IMG/VR virus record: IMGVR_UViG_3300032216_000647
Coordinates: 1-28,853 of that record
Direction: 5' to 3' (one strand)
Origin: a virus
Lineage: Duplodnaviria > Caudoviricetes
Length of the DNA stretch: 28,853 nucleotides
Part shown: positions 1-9,400 of the stretch, in pieces
Position numbering within the stretch: position 1 is the first letter of the stretch
How the letters are laid out: the number at the start of each line of letters is the position of its first letter
The notes under the pieces: model-generated
Database searches by the model: none
What the model was told of the DNA's origin: nothing
The model's input: the letters and a program-made list of their open reading frames with translations, nothing else
Translations under genes and position numbers: made by a program

Positions 1-409
1 CTCAATGAACATCACCGTGGCAGGCGCACGCCAGCCCGTGCTTCTGCGCAAATACGAGTATCTGCGCGAATACTGGCCTGATGCGACCCTGAAAGACGTC
101 CCCAAGTTCTACTGTGACTACGACTACACGCATTGGCTGATAGCGCCAACCCCCGCAAGCAATTACACCTTCGAGGTTTTGTACTACGAGCGAGTGCAAC
201 CCCTCGATTCCTCCAACCAGACGAACTGGTTTACGCAGTACGCTCCACAGGCTCTCCTGTATGGCGCTTTGTTGCAGGCTATGCCGTTCCTGAAGAATCA
301 CGACCTGATTCCCGGGTGGCAGGCTCAATACAAGCTCATCATGGATACTCTGATGAACGAAGACAAACTGCGTATCGCTGATCGTCAAGCCGTGGCATCA
401 GACTCATGA
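1..409 (+). CDS. Head-tail adaptor/connector protein (5'-truncated)
   Basis: The frame is open from the window edge. Motifs APTP..NY..E.LYY and TNW...AP..LLYG.L..A.PFLK are typical of podoviral adaptor proteins, and the gene lies directly upstream of the tail genes with an ATGA overlap into the next gene. Confidence 0.65.
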   Translation, partial: SMNITVAGARQPVLLRKYEYLREYWPDATLKDVPKFYCDYDYTHWLIAPTPASNYTFEVLYYERVQPLDSSNQTNWFTQYAPQALLYGALLQAMPFLKNHDLIPGWQAQYKLIMDTLMNEDKLRIADRQAVASDS

Positions 410-1644
410 GTTACAACAGCCCCTTCACAGGTCAGGTCATTCAACCGACCGACGTTTCGTACCGCTCAATTGTCATGACTGCCAGCGTGCAGTTGTCTTG
501 GCCCTTGAATGGAAATGCAACAGACAACTACGCGGCAAGGATCATGGACGTGGCCTCTGGCTCAACGTCCTACATTTTGTCGATGCCCCCAGCAGACCAA
601 ACCTCTGTTGGCACGGACGCGCTGATTCGCAACGTGGGCGCAAACGCTGTAACCGTCAAGACATTTGGCGAAAACAGTGTCATCGTCACCGTACAGCCCG
701 GCACGGCGCAGTACATCTACATCACCGCAAACCCCAATAACTATGGCACTTGGGGAGTGATCGCGTTTGGCACTGGAACATCCTCTGCTGACCCTGCATC
801 GCTTGCTGGCTACGGCTTGTTGGCTACCAGCACCACCCTGAGCCAAAGCCACCCTGTATCGTCTTTGACGGCCAGCTACACCTTCTTGTCTGGCGACCGT
901 GCGCAGACCTACGTTTGGGGCGGCGGTGCTACAACCGTAAACCTGCCATCTTCGGCAACGGTCGGCAACAACTGGTTTGTTCTGCTGAAGAACAACGGTA
1001 CGGGAACTCTGACTGTTGATGCCTACGGCTCAGAAACGATTGACAACGGCTTGACCAAGACGTTTGCTCCAAACGAGTCGGCTTTCATTGTTTGCACAGG
1101 AAGCCAGTACGTCACCATCGGCTACGGGGTCAGCACTCAGTTTGCGTTCACAGCTTTGGTCAAGAACGTGACTGGCGGCAACTACACCCTGACGTCCAGT
1201 GAGGCGTCCAACACCATTCAGACTTACATTGGCACACTGTCCAGCAATGTCTTGGTAACTTACCCGCCCGTGGTAAATCTGTATGTGGTGAGCAACCAAT
1301 GCTCTGTGGCTGGTAACACTCTCACACTGACGACTGGTGTGGCTGGAGGCGCTACAGCAACCATTCCTGCCAGCAACCAAGCAACGCTGATCTGCGATGG
1401 CACAAACTTTTTCAATGCCAACACAACTCAGGCTGGCGGAACAAGTTTCTCGATCATCAGCGGAAGTGCTGGTTCGCCATCTTTGAACTTCTCGTCAGAA
1501 ACAACGACAGGTATCTACCGCCCCGGCGCTGGCCGCTTTGGCATCGCCGTGCTTGGCAATCAAATTGTTGACGTGAATGCAAGTGGCGTTACCGTGACTG
1601 GCTCAGGCACATTCACCACCGGGATCTCTGGCGGGACATTCTGA
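406..1644 (+). CDS. Virion structural/tail protein with three repeated beta-rich domains (412 aa)
   Basis: Ser/Thr/Gly-rich. The repeat [LM]P...G.....N.G...[LV]TV occurs about 3 times ([20 protein letters not shown]; [20 protein letters not shown]; [16 protein letters not shown]). It ends in ISGGTF and is coupled to both neighbours by overlap. Confidence 0.7.
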   Translation: MSYNSPFTGQVIQPTDVSYRSIVMTASVQLSWPLNGNATDNYAARIMDVASGSTSYILSMPPADQTSVGTDALIRNVGANAVTVKTFGENSVIVTVQPGTAQYIYITANPNNYGTWGVIAFGTGTSSADPASLAGYGLLATSTTLSQSHPVSSLTASYTFLSGDRAQTYVWGGGATTVNLPSSATVGNNWFVLLKNNGTGTLTVDAYGSETIDNGLTKTFAPNESAFIVCTGSQYVTIGYGVSTQFAFTALVKNVTGGNYTLTSSEASNTIQTYIGTLSSNVLVTYPPVVNLYVVSNQCSVAGNTLTLTTGVAGGATATIPASNQATLICDGTNFFNANTTQAGGTSFSIISGSAGSPSLNFSSETTTGIYRPGAGRFGIAVLGNQIVDVNASGVTVTGSGTFTTGISGGTF

Positions 1645-4600
1645 TGACACAAAAAGTTTTTGCCCTCGATACCAAGCCGGGAATCCAGCGGGACGGCACA
1701 ATCTTTGACAAAGACTTCTACAACGACGGTCGATGGGTGCGCTTTCAGCGTGGACGCCCTCGCAAGATTGGCGGCTACCGCGAGATCACCAGCCAGCTTT
1801 CTGGCATCTCCCGCGGCATCTTCGTCAACTCTGAGAACGGCTTTTCCAGCGTCTTCAACGGCTACCGCGATGGCCTGCAAGTCCTGTCAATCGACAACAA
1901 TGGCTTCGGTGCTGGCGTCATTGACTTTGACATCGCCTCGTCTATCACCGTTCTTGGGACAATTACTGGCGGATCTCAGTACACGAACGGAACCTATACC
2001 AACGTCCCGCTGACTGGTGGATCTGGTTCGGGTGCGAAAGCCACCATCACTGTGGCCTCCAATACTGTGACAGCGGCCACCATCACAAGCAGTGGCAACG
2101 GGTACTTGCCCGGCAATGTGCTGTCTGCCAACCCAGACTCAATTGGTGATGGCGTCAACACCTACGGAGCTATCACCGCAGGCACGCTGTACAACAACGG
2201 AACCTATCTTGGCGTCCCCATGATTGGCGGATCTGGTTCTGGGGCTACCGCAAACATTACCGTTTCAGGTGGCGGTGTGACGGGTGTTGTTGCTCAGAAC
2301 CGAGGAATTGGCTACAAAGTCACCGATGTCTTGGCCGCACTGCCTGCAAATATCGGTGGCGTGACGGGCATCATTAGCACCTACGGCTCGATCGTTGGTG
2401 GTTCGCTGTACAACGCTGGAACTTACACAAACGTCAGCTTGACTGGCGGCACAGGTACTGGAGCGGTCGGGACTATCGTGGTGACCACGAACACGATCAA
2501 CGCCGTGACCAACCTTGTTGGCGGCACAAACTACACCAACGGATCTTTCCCAAACGTAGCACTGACTGGCGGAACGGGTACTGGCGCACTGGCGACTGTC
2601 ACCACTTCTGGCGGTAGCGTAGTTGCCGTGGTGATCACCTACGGCGGCAACAACTACACCGCCAACGACGTGCTGAGTTGCGCCGCAACAAGCATCGGTA
2701 AAGGCGTGACAGCCTTTGGTGCAATCACAGGCGGATCTGGCTACGTCAACGGCACTTACTCCAACGTCACCCTGACTGGTGGCACGGGTACGGGTGCAAG
2801 GGCCACAATCACCGTTTCTGGCGGTCTTGTGACCGTGGTGACCCTTACCTATGCTGGCGTGGGTTATACGGCCTCTGACGTCCTTACAACGGCAAACACA
2901 AATCTTGGCGGCACAGGATCAGGTTTTAACGTCGTGGCGTCCACTGTGGCTTCTAGTTCTGGCTTCCAATGCGCGGCTTTGTCAGTTTCGACGGGTTCTG
3001 TCGGTTCTGTCACCCTTACCAGCGACGGCTACGGCTACACGGCTGGCGACGTCCTGTCGGCCTCCAGCACCAACATTGGTGGCATCAACGGCACGATCAG
3101 CGCCTTGGGGGGAATTAACCCCGGCAACTACTACACCGACTCCACGACTGCATCCGTCACCGCTTCGATTGCTGGGACGGTTATGACCGTGACCGCTGTC
3201 GGATCTGGCGCTTTGGTTGTTGGGCAGACTCTTTCGGGTACTGGAGTCACAGCCGACACGACCATCTCGTCTTTTGGGACGGGCACTGGTGGCGTAGGAA
3301 CTTACAACGTAAGCACCAGCCAGACCGTTGCCAGCACCACAATCTCCGCCCTCGGGATTTTCAGGAATAAAGCCTTGACTGGTGGCTCAGGCACTGGGGC
3401 GACCGCCAACGTGGTGATCACCAACGGGCAGGTTTACTCTGTGACCATGGTCAACAAGGGCATCAATTACGCTGTTGGTGACAGTTTGACCGCAACATTT
3501 GCTGGTTCAACCAACGGCATCGCAACAATTGGGCCTGTGACTGGTGGAACAAACTACACCAACGGTACATACACAGATGTACCCCTGACAGGCGGAACTG
3601 GCACTGGAGCCAAAGGAACCGTTGTTGTTTCATCAAATTCCGTCTTTTCGGTGAACGTCACCACTGCTGGCAACAACTACACCGTTGCGGACGCCATGAG
3701 CGCATCTGGAACTGTCATTGGTAACGGCATCAACGCACTCAACACTGGCTCACTGGTGGGTGGCGCAAACTACACTACGGGAACCTACACTGGCGTACCC
3801 CTCACGGGCGGCACGGGAACTGGTGCGCAAGCCACGATTGTTGTTGGTGTGGGTGGTGACGTGACCACCGTGACCGTTACTTCACGCGGCGTGAACTACA
3901 CAGCCGCAGACAACTTGAGCGCCGCCGCTTCCAATCTTGGTGGCTACACCAACGGCATCGCAACCTTTGGCACAATCGTTGGCGGTTCAAACTACACCGA
4001 TGGAACCTACGGCAACATTATTCTGACTGGCGGCGCTGGTACAGGCGCACGGGCAAACATCACCGTGGCTGGCAATGTGGTCACGGCCATCACCATCACC
4101 ACCAAGGGCAACAACTACGCGGTTGCCAACTCCATGTCTTGTGCCGCATCTACGATTGGCAACGGCATCAACACGCTGGGAACAATCACCGCAGGCACTG
4201 CATACACCAACGGAACCTACACTGCTGTGAACCTGACGGGCGGTTCTGGTACTGGCGCTAAAGCAACGATTGTGGTTTCTGGTGGCGTAGTAACCACCGT
4301 GACAATGACTTCTCGTGGCCGTGGCTATGTGGTCGGCAACATCATGTCGGCCAACTCTACAGACATCGGCGGCACAGGTTCAGGCTTTGTTGTTCCAGTT
4401 GCAACCATCTACGCAAGCACTGGATTTGCTGTGCCCGTGGCTACCGTGGTGACAAGCTCTGGCTTCACCATCCCCGTTTCTACCGTGTACGCAAGCTCAG
4501 GTTTGGCCTTTACCGTGGCGACCCTTGGGAATGCTGGTGGTTTTTCTGTGCCCGTGACTGGTGTTCGCGCCAGCAGTGGCTTCCAGTTCAGCGTCTACAC

Positions 4601-6200
4601 CGTCACCCAAAGCTCAGGCTTCTTGGTGAACGTCGGATCTGTGTTTGCAAGCAGTGGCTTTACTGTGAGCGTGACATCGGTGACTGATAGCTTTGACTCA
4701 AACGAGAACAACCTGTGGCAGTTTGATGCGCTGTACGATACCCAAGGCGGCAATAACTTGCTCTTGGCCCATCCCGGCCAGAACCTTTCCAAGATTGACA
4801 GCACGGTCAATACCCCCGTTTTGTACGGCGACATCACCGGAACGACTGTCCAGCCCTTGAAAGACACCGGAGGGGCCGCTCCTTCCGGTAACGCAATCTC
4901 CGTCTCTGGCGGCGTGGTTTCCCTGCACCCCTACATCGTGGTGTACGGTGACAACGGCCTGCTCAAGAACTGCTCGGCAGGCGACCCTACCGACTGGAAC
5001 TCTGCGGACGCCAACGAGGTCAACGTAGCCACCGGAAAGATTGTCCAAGGGCTACCCGTCAGGGGCGGCTCAAACTCGCCTTCTGGCTTGTTTTGGAGCC
5101 TCGACAGCCTTGTTCGCATGTCCTACATCGGTGGTCAGGGAACCCCTGCTCAATACTGGCGGTATGACATCATCTCCAGCCAGACTTCGATCATGTCGTC
5201 TCAGTGTTGCATTGAGTACGACGGCATCTACTACTGGGTGGGTGTTGACCGATTTCTGCTGTACAACGGCGTGGTCAAAGAAGTTCCCAATAACATGAAC
5301 CAGAACTTCTTCTTCGACAACCTGAACTACAGCCAGCGTCAAAAAGTCTGGGTAACCAAGGTTCCTCGTTTTGGTGAAGTGTGGTGGTACTACCCCCGTG
5401 GCGACTCCACTGAGTGCAACGACGCCATCATCTACAACACCCGCGAGAACATCTGGTACGACGCTGGAACTGCTGTCGGTGCACGTCGCTCGGCTGGCTA
5501 CTTTTCTCAGGTGTTCCATTATCCGATCGCCGCAGGCGTAGAGACCAACCTTGTGGGCGCGATCAATCAGGTGTCCATAAGCAACCCCGGCTCAGGCTAC
5601 ACCAACGGTACTTTCCGCTCGGTCTCCCTGACTGGCGGGACTGGATCTGGCGCGACCGCAAACATCGTGGTTTCAGGTGGGGTTGTGACCAGCGTCACCA
5701 TGCAGAACCAAGGCAAGAATTTCACAATCAACGACACCCTGACCGCAAGTCTGGCTGGCGGATCAAATTTTGCCCTTTTGGTCGAACTGGTTGGCCCAGA
5801 GGTATCACTCTGGCAACACGAGGTAGGCACAGACGCCGTCCAAGGAACCCACGCCGTGGCGATTGAGTCCTACTTTGAGACCAACGACTTGGGCTGGGTA
5901 TCTGGTGGGCCAGCCCAGCCAAGCCCGATTGGCGAGAACAAGTGGATTCACCTTGACCGCCTTGAACCTGACTTTGTCCAAAGCGGGAATATGGATCTGT
6001 ACATCACAGGCCGTCCATTTGCCCAATCAGAGGACAAAACGACTGGCCCGTATACATTCGCGCCGAACACCAATAAAATCGACCTGCGTGAGCAACGTCG
6101 AGAACTGAGGCTGAAATTTGTTTCCAACGTCGCTGGCGGGGATTACCAAGTGGGTAAGATCTTGATTGACGCTGACTTTGGGGACGTGCGTGGCTACTAG
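1644..6200 (+). CDS. Tail nozzle / P22 gp10-like DNA stabilisation protein carrying a large nested repeat insertion (1518 aa)
   Basis: The N-terminus ([26 protein letters not shown]) and C-terminal propeller-like region ([22 protein letters not shown]; FGEVWWYYP; IIYN.REN.WY; [17 protein letters not shown]) resemble gp10-like proteins. It lies between the adaptor and ejection genes. Residues about 101-1015 are Gly/Thr beta repeats. Confidence 0.7.
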   Translation: MTQKVFALDTKPGIQRDGTIFDKDFYNDGRWVRFQRGRPRKIGGYREITSQLSGISRGIFVNSENGFSSVFNGYRDGLQVLSIDNNGFGAGVIDFDIASSITVLGTITGGSQYTNGTYTNVPLTGGSGSGAKATITVASNTVTAATITSSGNGYLPGNVLSANPDSIGDGVNTYGAITAGTLYNNGTYLGVPMIGGSGSGATANITVSGGGVTGVVAQNRGIGYKVTDVLAALPANIGGVTGIISTYGSIVGGSLYNAGTYTNVSLTGGTGTGAVGTIVVTTNTINAVTNLVGGTNYTNGSFPNVALTGGTGTGALATVTTSGGSVVAVVITYGGNNYTANDVLSCAATSIGKGVTAFGAITGGSGYVNGTYSNVTLTGGTGTGARATITVSGGLVTVVTLTYAGVGYTASDVLTTANTNLGGTGSGFNVVASTVASSSGFQCAALSVSTGSVGSVTLTSDGYGYTAGDVLSASSTNIGGINGTISALGGINPGNYYTDSTTASVTASIAGTVMTVTAVGSGALVVGQTLSGTGVTADTTISSFGTGTGGVGTYNVSTSQTVASTTISALGIFRNKALTGGSGTGATANVVITNGQVYSVTMVNKGINYAVGDSLTATFAGSTNGIATIGPVTGGTNYTNGTYTDVPLTGGTGTGAKGTVVVSSNSVFSVNVTTAGNNYTVADAMSASGTVIGNGINALNTGSLVGGANYTTGTYTGVPLTGGTGTGAQATIVVGVGGDVTTVTVTSRGVNYTAADNLSAAASNLGGYTNGIATFGTIVGGSNYTDGTYGNIILTGGAGTGARANITVAGNVVTAITITTKGNNYAVANSMSCAASTIGNGINTLGTITAGTAYTNGTYTAVNLTGGSGTGAKATIVVSGGVVTTVTMTSRGRGYVVGNIMSANSTDIGGTGSGFVVPVATIYASTGFAVPVATVVTSSGFTIPVSTVYASSGLAFTVATLGNAGGFSVPVTGVRASSGFQFSVYTVTQSSGFLVNVGSVFASSGFTVSVTSVTDSFDSNENNLWQFDALYDTQGGNNLLLAHPGQNLSKIDSTVNTPVLYGDITGTTVQPLKDTGGAAPSGNAISVSGGVVSLHPYIVVYGDNGLLKNCSAGDPTDWNSADANEVNVATGKIVQGLPVRGGSNSPSGLFWSLDSLVRMSYIGGQGTPAQYWRYDIISSQTSIMSSQCCIEYDGIYYWVGVDRFLLYNGVVKEVPNNMNQNFFFDNLNYSQRQKVWVTKVPRFGEVWWYYPRGDSTECNDAIIYNTRENIWYDAGTAVGARRSAGYFSQVFHYPIAAGVETNLVGAINQVSISNPGSGYTNGTFRSVSLTGGTGSGATANIVVSGGVVTSVTMQNQGKNFTINDTLTASLAGGSNFALLVELVGPEVSLWQHEVGTDAVQGTHAVAIESYFETNDLGWVSGGPAQPSPIGENKWIHLDRLEPDFVQSGNMDLYITGRPFAQSEDKTTGPYTFAPNTNKIDLREQRRELRLKFVSNVAGGDYQVGKILIDADFGDVRGY
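1944..4688 (+). repeat. Array of 10 roughly 70-aa modules (GG..YTNGTY..V.LTGG.G.GA.A.I.V..G.V..V.....G..Y...D.L) plus 10 displaced 13-aa closing strands (S[ST]GF.V.V..V)
   Basis: Module starts at 1944, 2154, 2373, 2496, 2706, 3096, 3519, 3729, 3957 and 4167. Closing strands lie at about 2916-2993 (2 copies) and 4377-4688 (8 x 39 nt). Confidence 0.9.
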
Positions 6201-6456
6201 TTCTGCATTAGGTGTCGCCCTTATTTACGATCCAAGGTTCCACTCCTTCGATTCGTGGGCGTCACTTATGTGCGAACTGTACGCCGCCCAAAACCTGTCA
6301 GTTCCCGATGCGTACACCGACTGGAAGCAGTGGGCGTATGGTCTAAAAGCAATTGACGTGTTCACCAACGAGGCCATCCCCGGCCCTGACTATTTTCAAG
6401 ATTGGCAGGATTGGGCGATGCAAGTGGTGAATGCTGTGAACCCCGGAGTGAACTGA
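6190..6456 (+). CDS. Small conserved virion-module protein (Trp-rich, about 88 aa)
   Basis: The likely start is the in-frame GTG at 6190 after GGGGA, overlapping the upstream stop. It has the motifs YDPR...F.SWA.LM and W..WA..L..ID.F and fills the gap between two large virion genes. Confidence 0.7.
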   Translation: MATSSALGVALIYDPRFHSFDSWASLMCELYAAQNLSVPDAYTDWKQWAYGLKAIDVFTNEAIPGPDYFQDWQDWAMQVVNAVNPGVN

Positions 6457-6458
6457 AT

Positions 6459-9400
6459 ATGGCATGGGTTATTGATCCAAGTAGCGGCGAATACGTTTGG
6501 CAGGAGGATGCTCCAGCCACGCCTGCACCGGGTGCGCTACAGCAAGTTACTGATGCCCAGCCAGAGCAGGCCGCGCCTCAGTACTCAAGCGCCTATCAGT
6601 GGGCCACAAGCGATCAAGGCTCTGGGCTGGACAAGATGTATGACAGCATCAACCAGTTCATGGGGACAAACCCAAACCAAGACGCTCTTCAACAGGCCAT
6701 GGCAATGTATGGCGTGAACAACGACGACATTGTTGCCGCTCGTGCAAGGTCAACTGCCGCGCCTGAAGTTTCTGGCGCTTTAGAGCAGGCCGCAATTCCA
6801 CAGCAATCTACTGGGGTGACAACTCCAGCGCCGACGAGTGGTTTGCCAACTGCCAAAATAGCTTCTACAACGAATGCTCCAGAAACGCCAAAAACAAGCC
6901 AATCAACTGCTCAGTTGCAAGCAAGCTATGACGCTTTAAAAGGCAAAGGCACAAACGACGACATGTTGATCTGGGTTGCTCAACAAGTTGCCAATGGCGT
7001 AACCGTTGATCAGTTGTCCGCAGTCTCTGGATACAAGCCAGAAGAGTTGAAACCTGTTGTTGACAAAGCGGTTGGCACTTATGGTGATGGAAACATCACA
7101 GCAGAGCAAAAAAGATTCATTGATTGGAAGATGGCTCAGTCAAGCACGACTGGCCCCGGCACTCAGGCTGATGTTTTTGCTGGACAAGGTATACAAGGCT
7201 GGTACAAAGATCCAACCCTGCGTGCGCAAGCTAAAGAACAAATTGATCGTGCAGGACGTCGTGAAGCCTTGGGCGTTAGCGCAGATCAAGCGGCCCAATG
7301 GAATGACCCAAACTGGCAAAAGTATCTTGGCACAAACAAAGAGGCATACAACACCGCTCAGCGTGTTCTTTCTGACCCAGCCTATGCGGCCAAGTTTTCT
7401 GCTGAAACGGGTCTGACGGGTGCAAACCTTAATGCTTGGCTGACTGGTGCTATCTCTCCCGAAACTCGCCAACGCCAACAACTGGCGGAGTCAATTAACG
7501 GGACTTTGGTTGCTGGCCCCGGCGGTAATAACGCCTCACGTTACTCGGAGTATCACAAGCCCGGTGAAGCCATAACTGCGGGTGAAACTTACTCCAAGCA
7601 GTACACCCCTGAAGAGCTTGCGGCGGTACGAAACGGTATGGACACATACCGTAACGATCCCGCGTCGATGGCTAAGTTTATGACCATGTACGGCGTCACC
7701 AAAGAAGACGCTGGGTTGATTTTGGGCATCTCCAAAACAGGGATGGACAACTTCCTCGGAGAGAACAAGGACAAAGTCCCCACCACAAAAACTGACAGCA
7801 ACAATCTTGGAAAACTTGCCAACCTGAACCTTGGCGCGGCCAATGCTTTTGAGGCTTTGGATGACCAGACCCGTAAAGATCTGACCACAAAATGGATGCA
7901 AGACAACGGCGTCCAATCTAAAGTTAATGGACAGACCAGTGATGAGCAAAAATGGACGCCATATCAAATTAACGGTCGGCCAGCAACTCTTGATCAAGGC
8001 CATGCTTTAGACAAAAGCTGGAATGACTATGTTGCAAACTACAACAAGACGCATGACTTTAAGCCGTTCAGCTTGGAGAAGGCCACGCCTTTTAACCAGC
8101 TAGACAAAGACGCTCAAAACAAAATCATCACTGGTTGGCAACAGCAAAACGGCATTGCCATGATGAACAAGGACACGTCTGGAAACCCAGCGTTTACCTT
8201 GACCAACGGAATGAATGTAAAGGGCGCAGACGCCGTTGCTTTGCAGAACAGCCTCAACAAAGTGATTGAAGGCTACAACACCGCTCATCCAGCGCCTGCC
8301 GCAACAACAACGCCTACAACAACGCCTACAACTACTCCTGCGGCCACTCCTACGACCACCCCTACGGCCACAACCACGCCTGCGGCTCCTGCGGCCCCGA
8401 AGTACACCGAGGTCAAAGACATCAGCGAGTTCAAAGCTGATGATTGGCGCAAGTCTTGGGAAGCTGGTAACGCCCCTGCTGTGGCCGCAATGATCAAGAA
8501 CATCTCTGACGATGACTTGATGAAGGCGACAGGGATGAGCAAAGAAGATGTGACTTATGTGCGAAAGTCAATCAACGACGCTGACTTTGCTGACAAGCGT
8601 GCTGAGTGGTATCCGCCGATTGAGGTGGCTGGCGCAATGCAACCCGGCTACTTCAGCAAGGGTATGTCAACGTCGTACCAGCAACTGAATTCAAAACGCG
8701 ACCCTAACGCCCCAAACAATGTCAATGATCAGACCTTGCACATGGCCGATCAGATGCATCGCCAACAAGAGGCTGGCACGGCAAGCGCATGGAGTGGCGG
8801 CAACCTTGGCATAGACACAGCCACACTCTGGATGGCCGATGAACTTCGCAAGCGAGGCGTCGAGGATGCCTATGACCTTGGCCTTCGTTCTGTGCCCGGA
8901 GTTGACGAGAATGGTAACCCAACAGAGGGAACCACCAACGAGATCTACAACAAGAAAACGGGCCAGACCTTTGGTGTAGTTGGCCCAAACAATGACATGA
9001 CCTTCCACGAAAGTGGAAAAGGTGGAATCAAATACCACGTCACGTTTGACAAAGACGGCGTCCCTGTTTACTACACAACAAAGAGAGACAGCGACTGGGT
9101 GCAGTTTCGTGATGCTGTGGTTCCGGTCGCCGCAATTGTTTTGGCCGCATGGACTGGTGGCCTTATTGGAGGAGAGACTGCCCTTGCAAGCACTGCCGCC
9201 GCCACAGAAGCAGGCACAGCCGCTACCGTTGCCGCCACAGAAGCAGGCACAGCCGCCGCAAATACAGCCGCAAACCTTTCCTATGCCGCCCGTATTGGTC
9301 AAGCCATAGGATTGGAAGGCACAGCGGCCACAATGGCTGGTCAAGCCCTGATCAGCGGCACTTTGTCTAAGCTGTCTGGTGGCGACTTCTTCAAAGGCGC

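Noticed and set aside
2670-2975. Disulfide between Cys in module 4 (LSCAA) and its closer (FQCAA)
   Set aside because: This is suggestive, but module 9 has the same Cys with none in its predicted closer, so it cannot be supported without a structure.
4377-4688. 39-nt periodic array as a CRISPR or DGR-type repeat
   Set aside because: The units are in frame and conserved only as peptide. There is no identical DNA repeat with spacers, no adenine-specific TR/VR pair, and no cas or reverse transcriptase gene in the window.
1944-4688. Intein or intron explaining the large insertion
   Set aside because: There are no intein splice motifs (C/S start with HN end blocks) and no homing endonuclease. 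The frame is continuous and the insert is a structural repeat.
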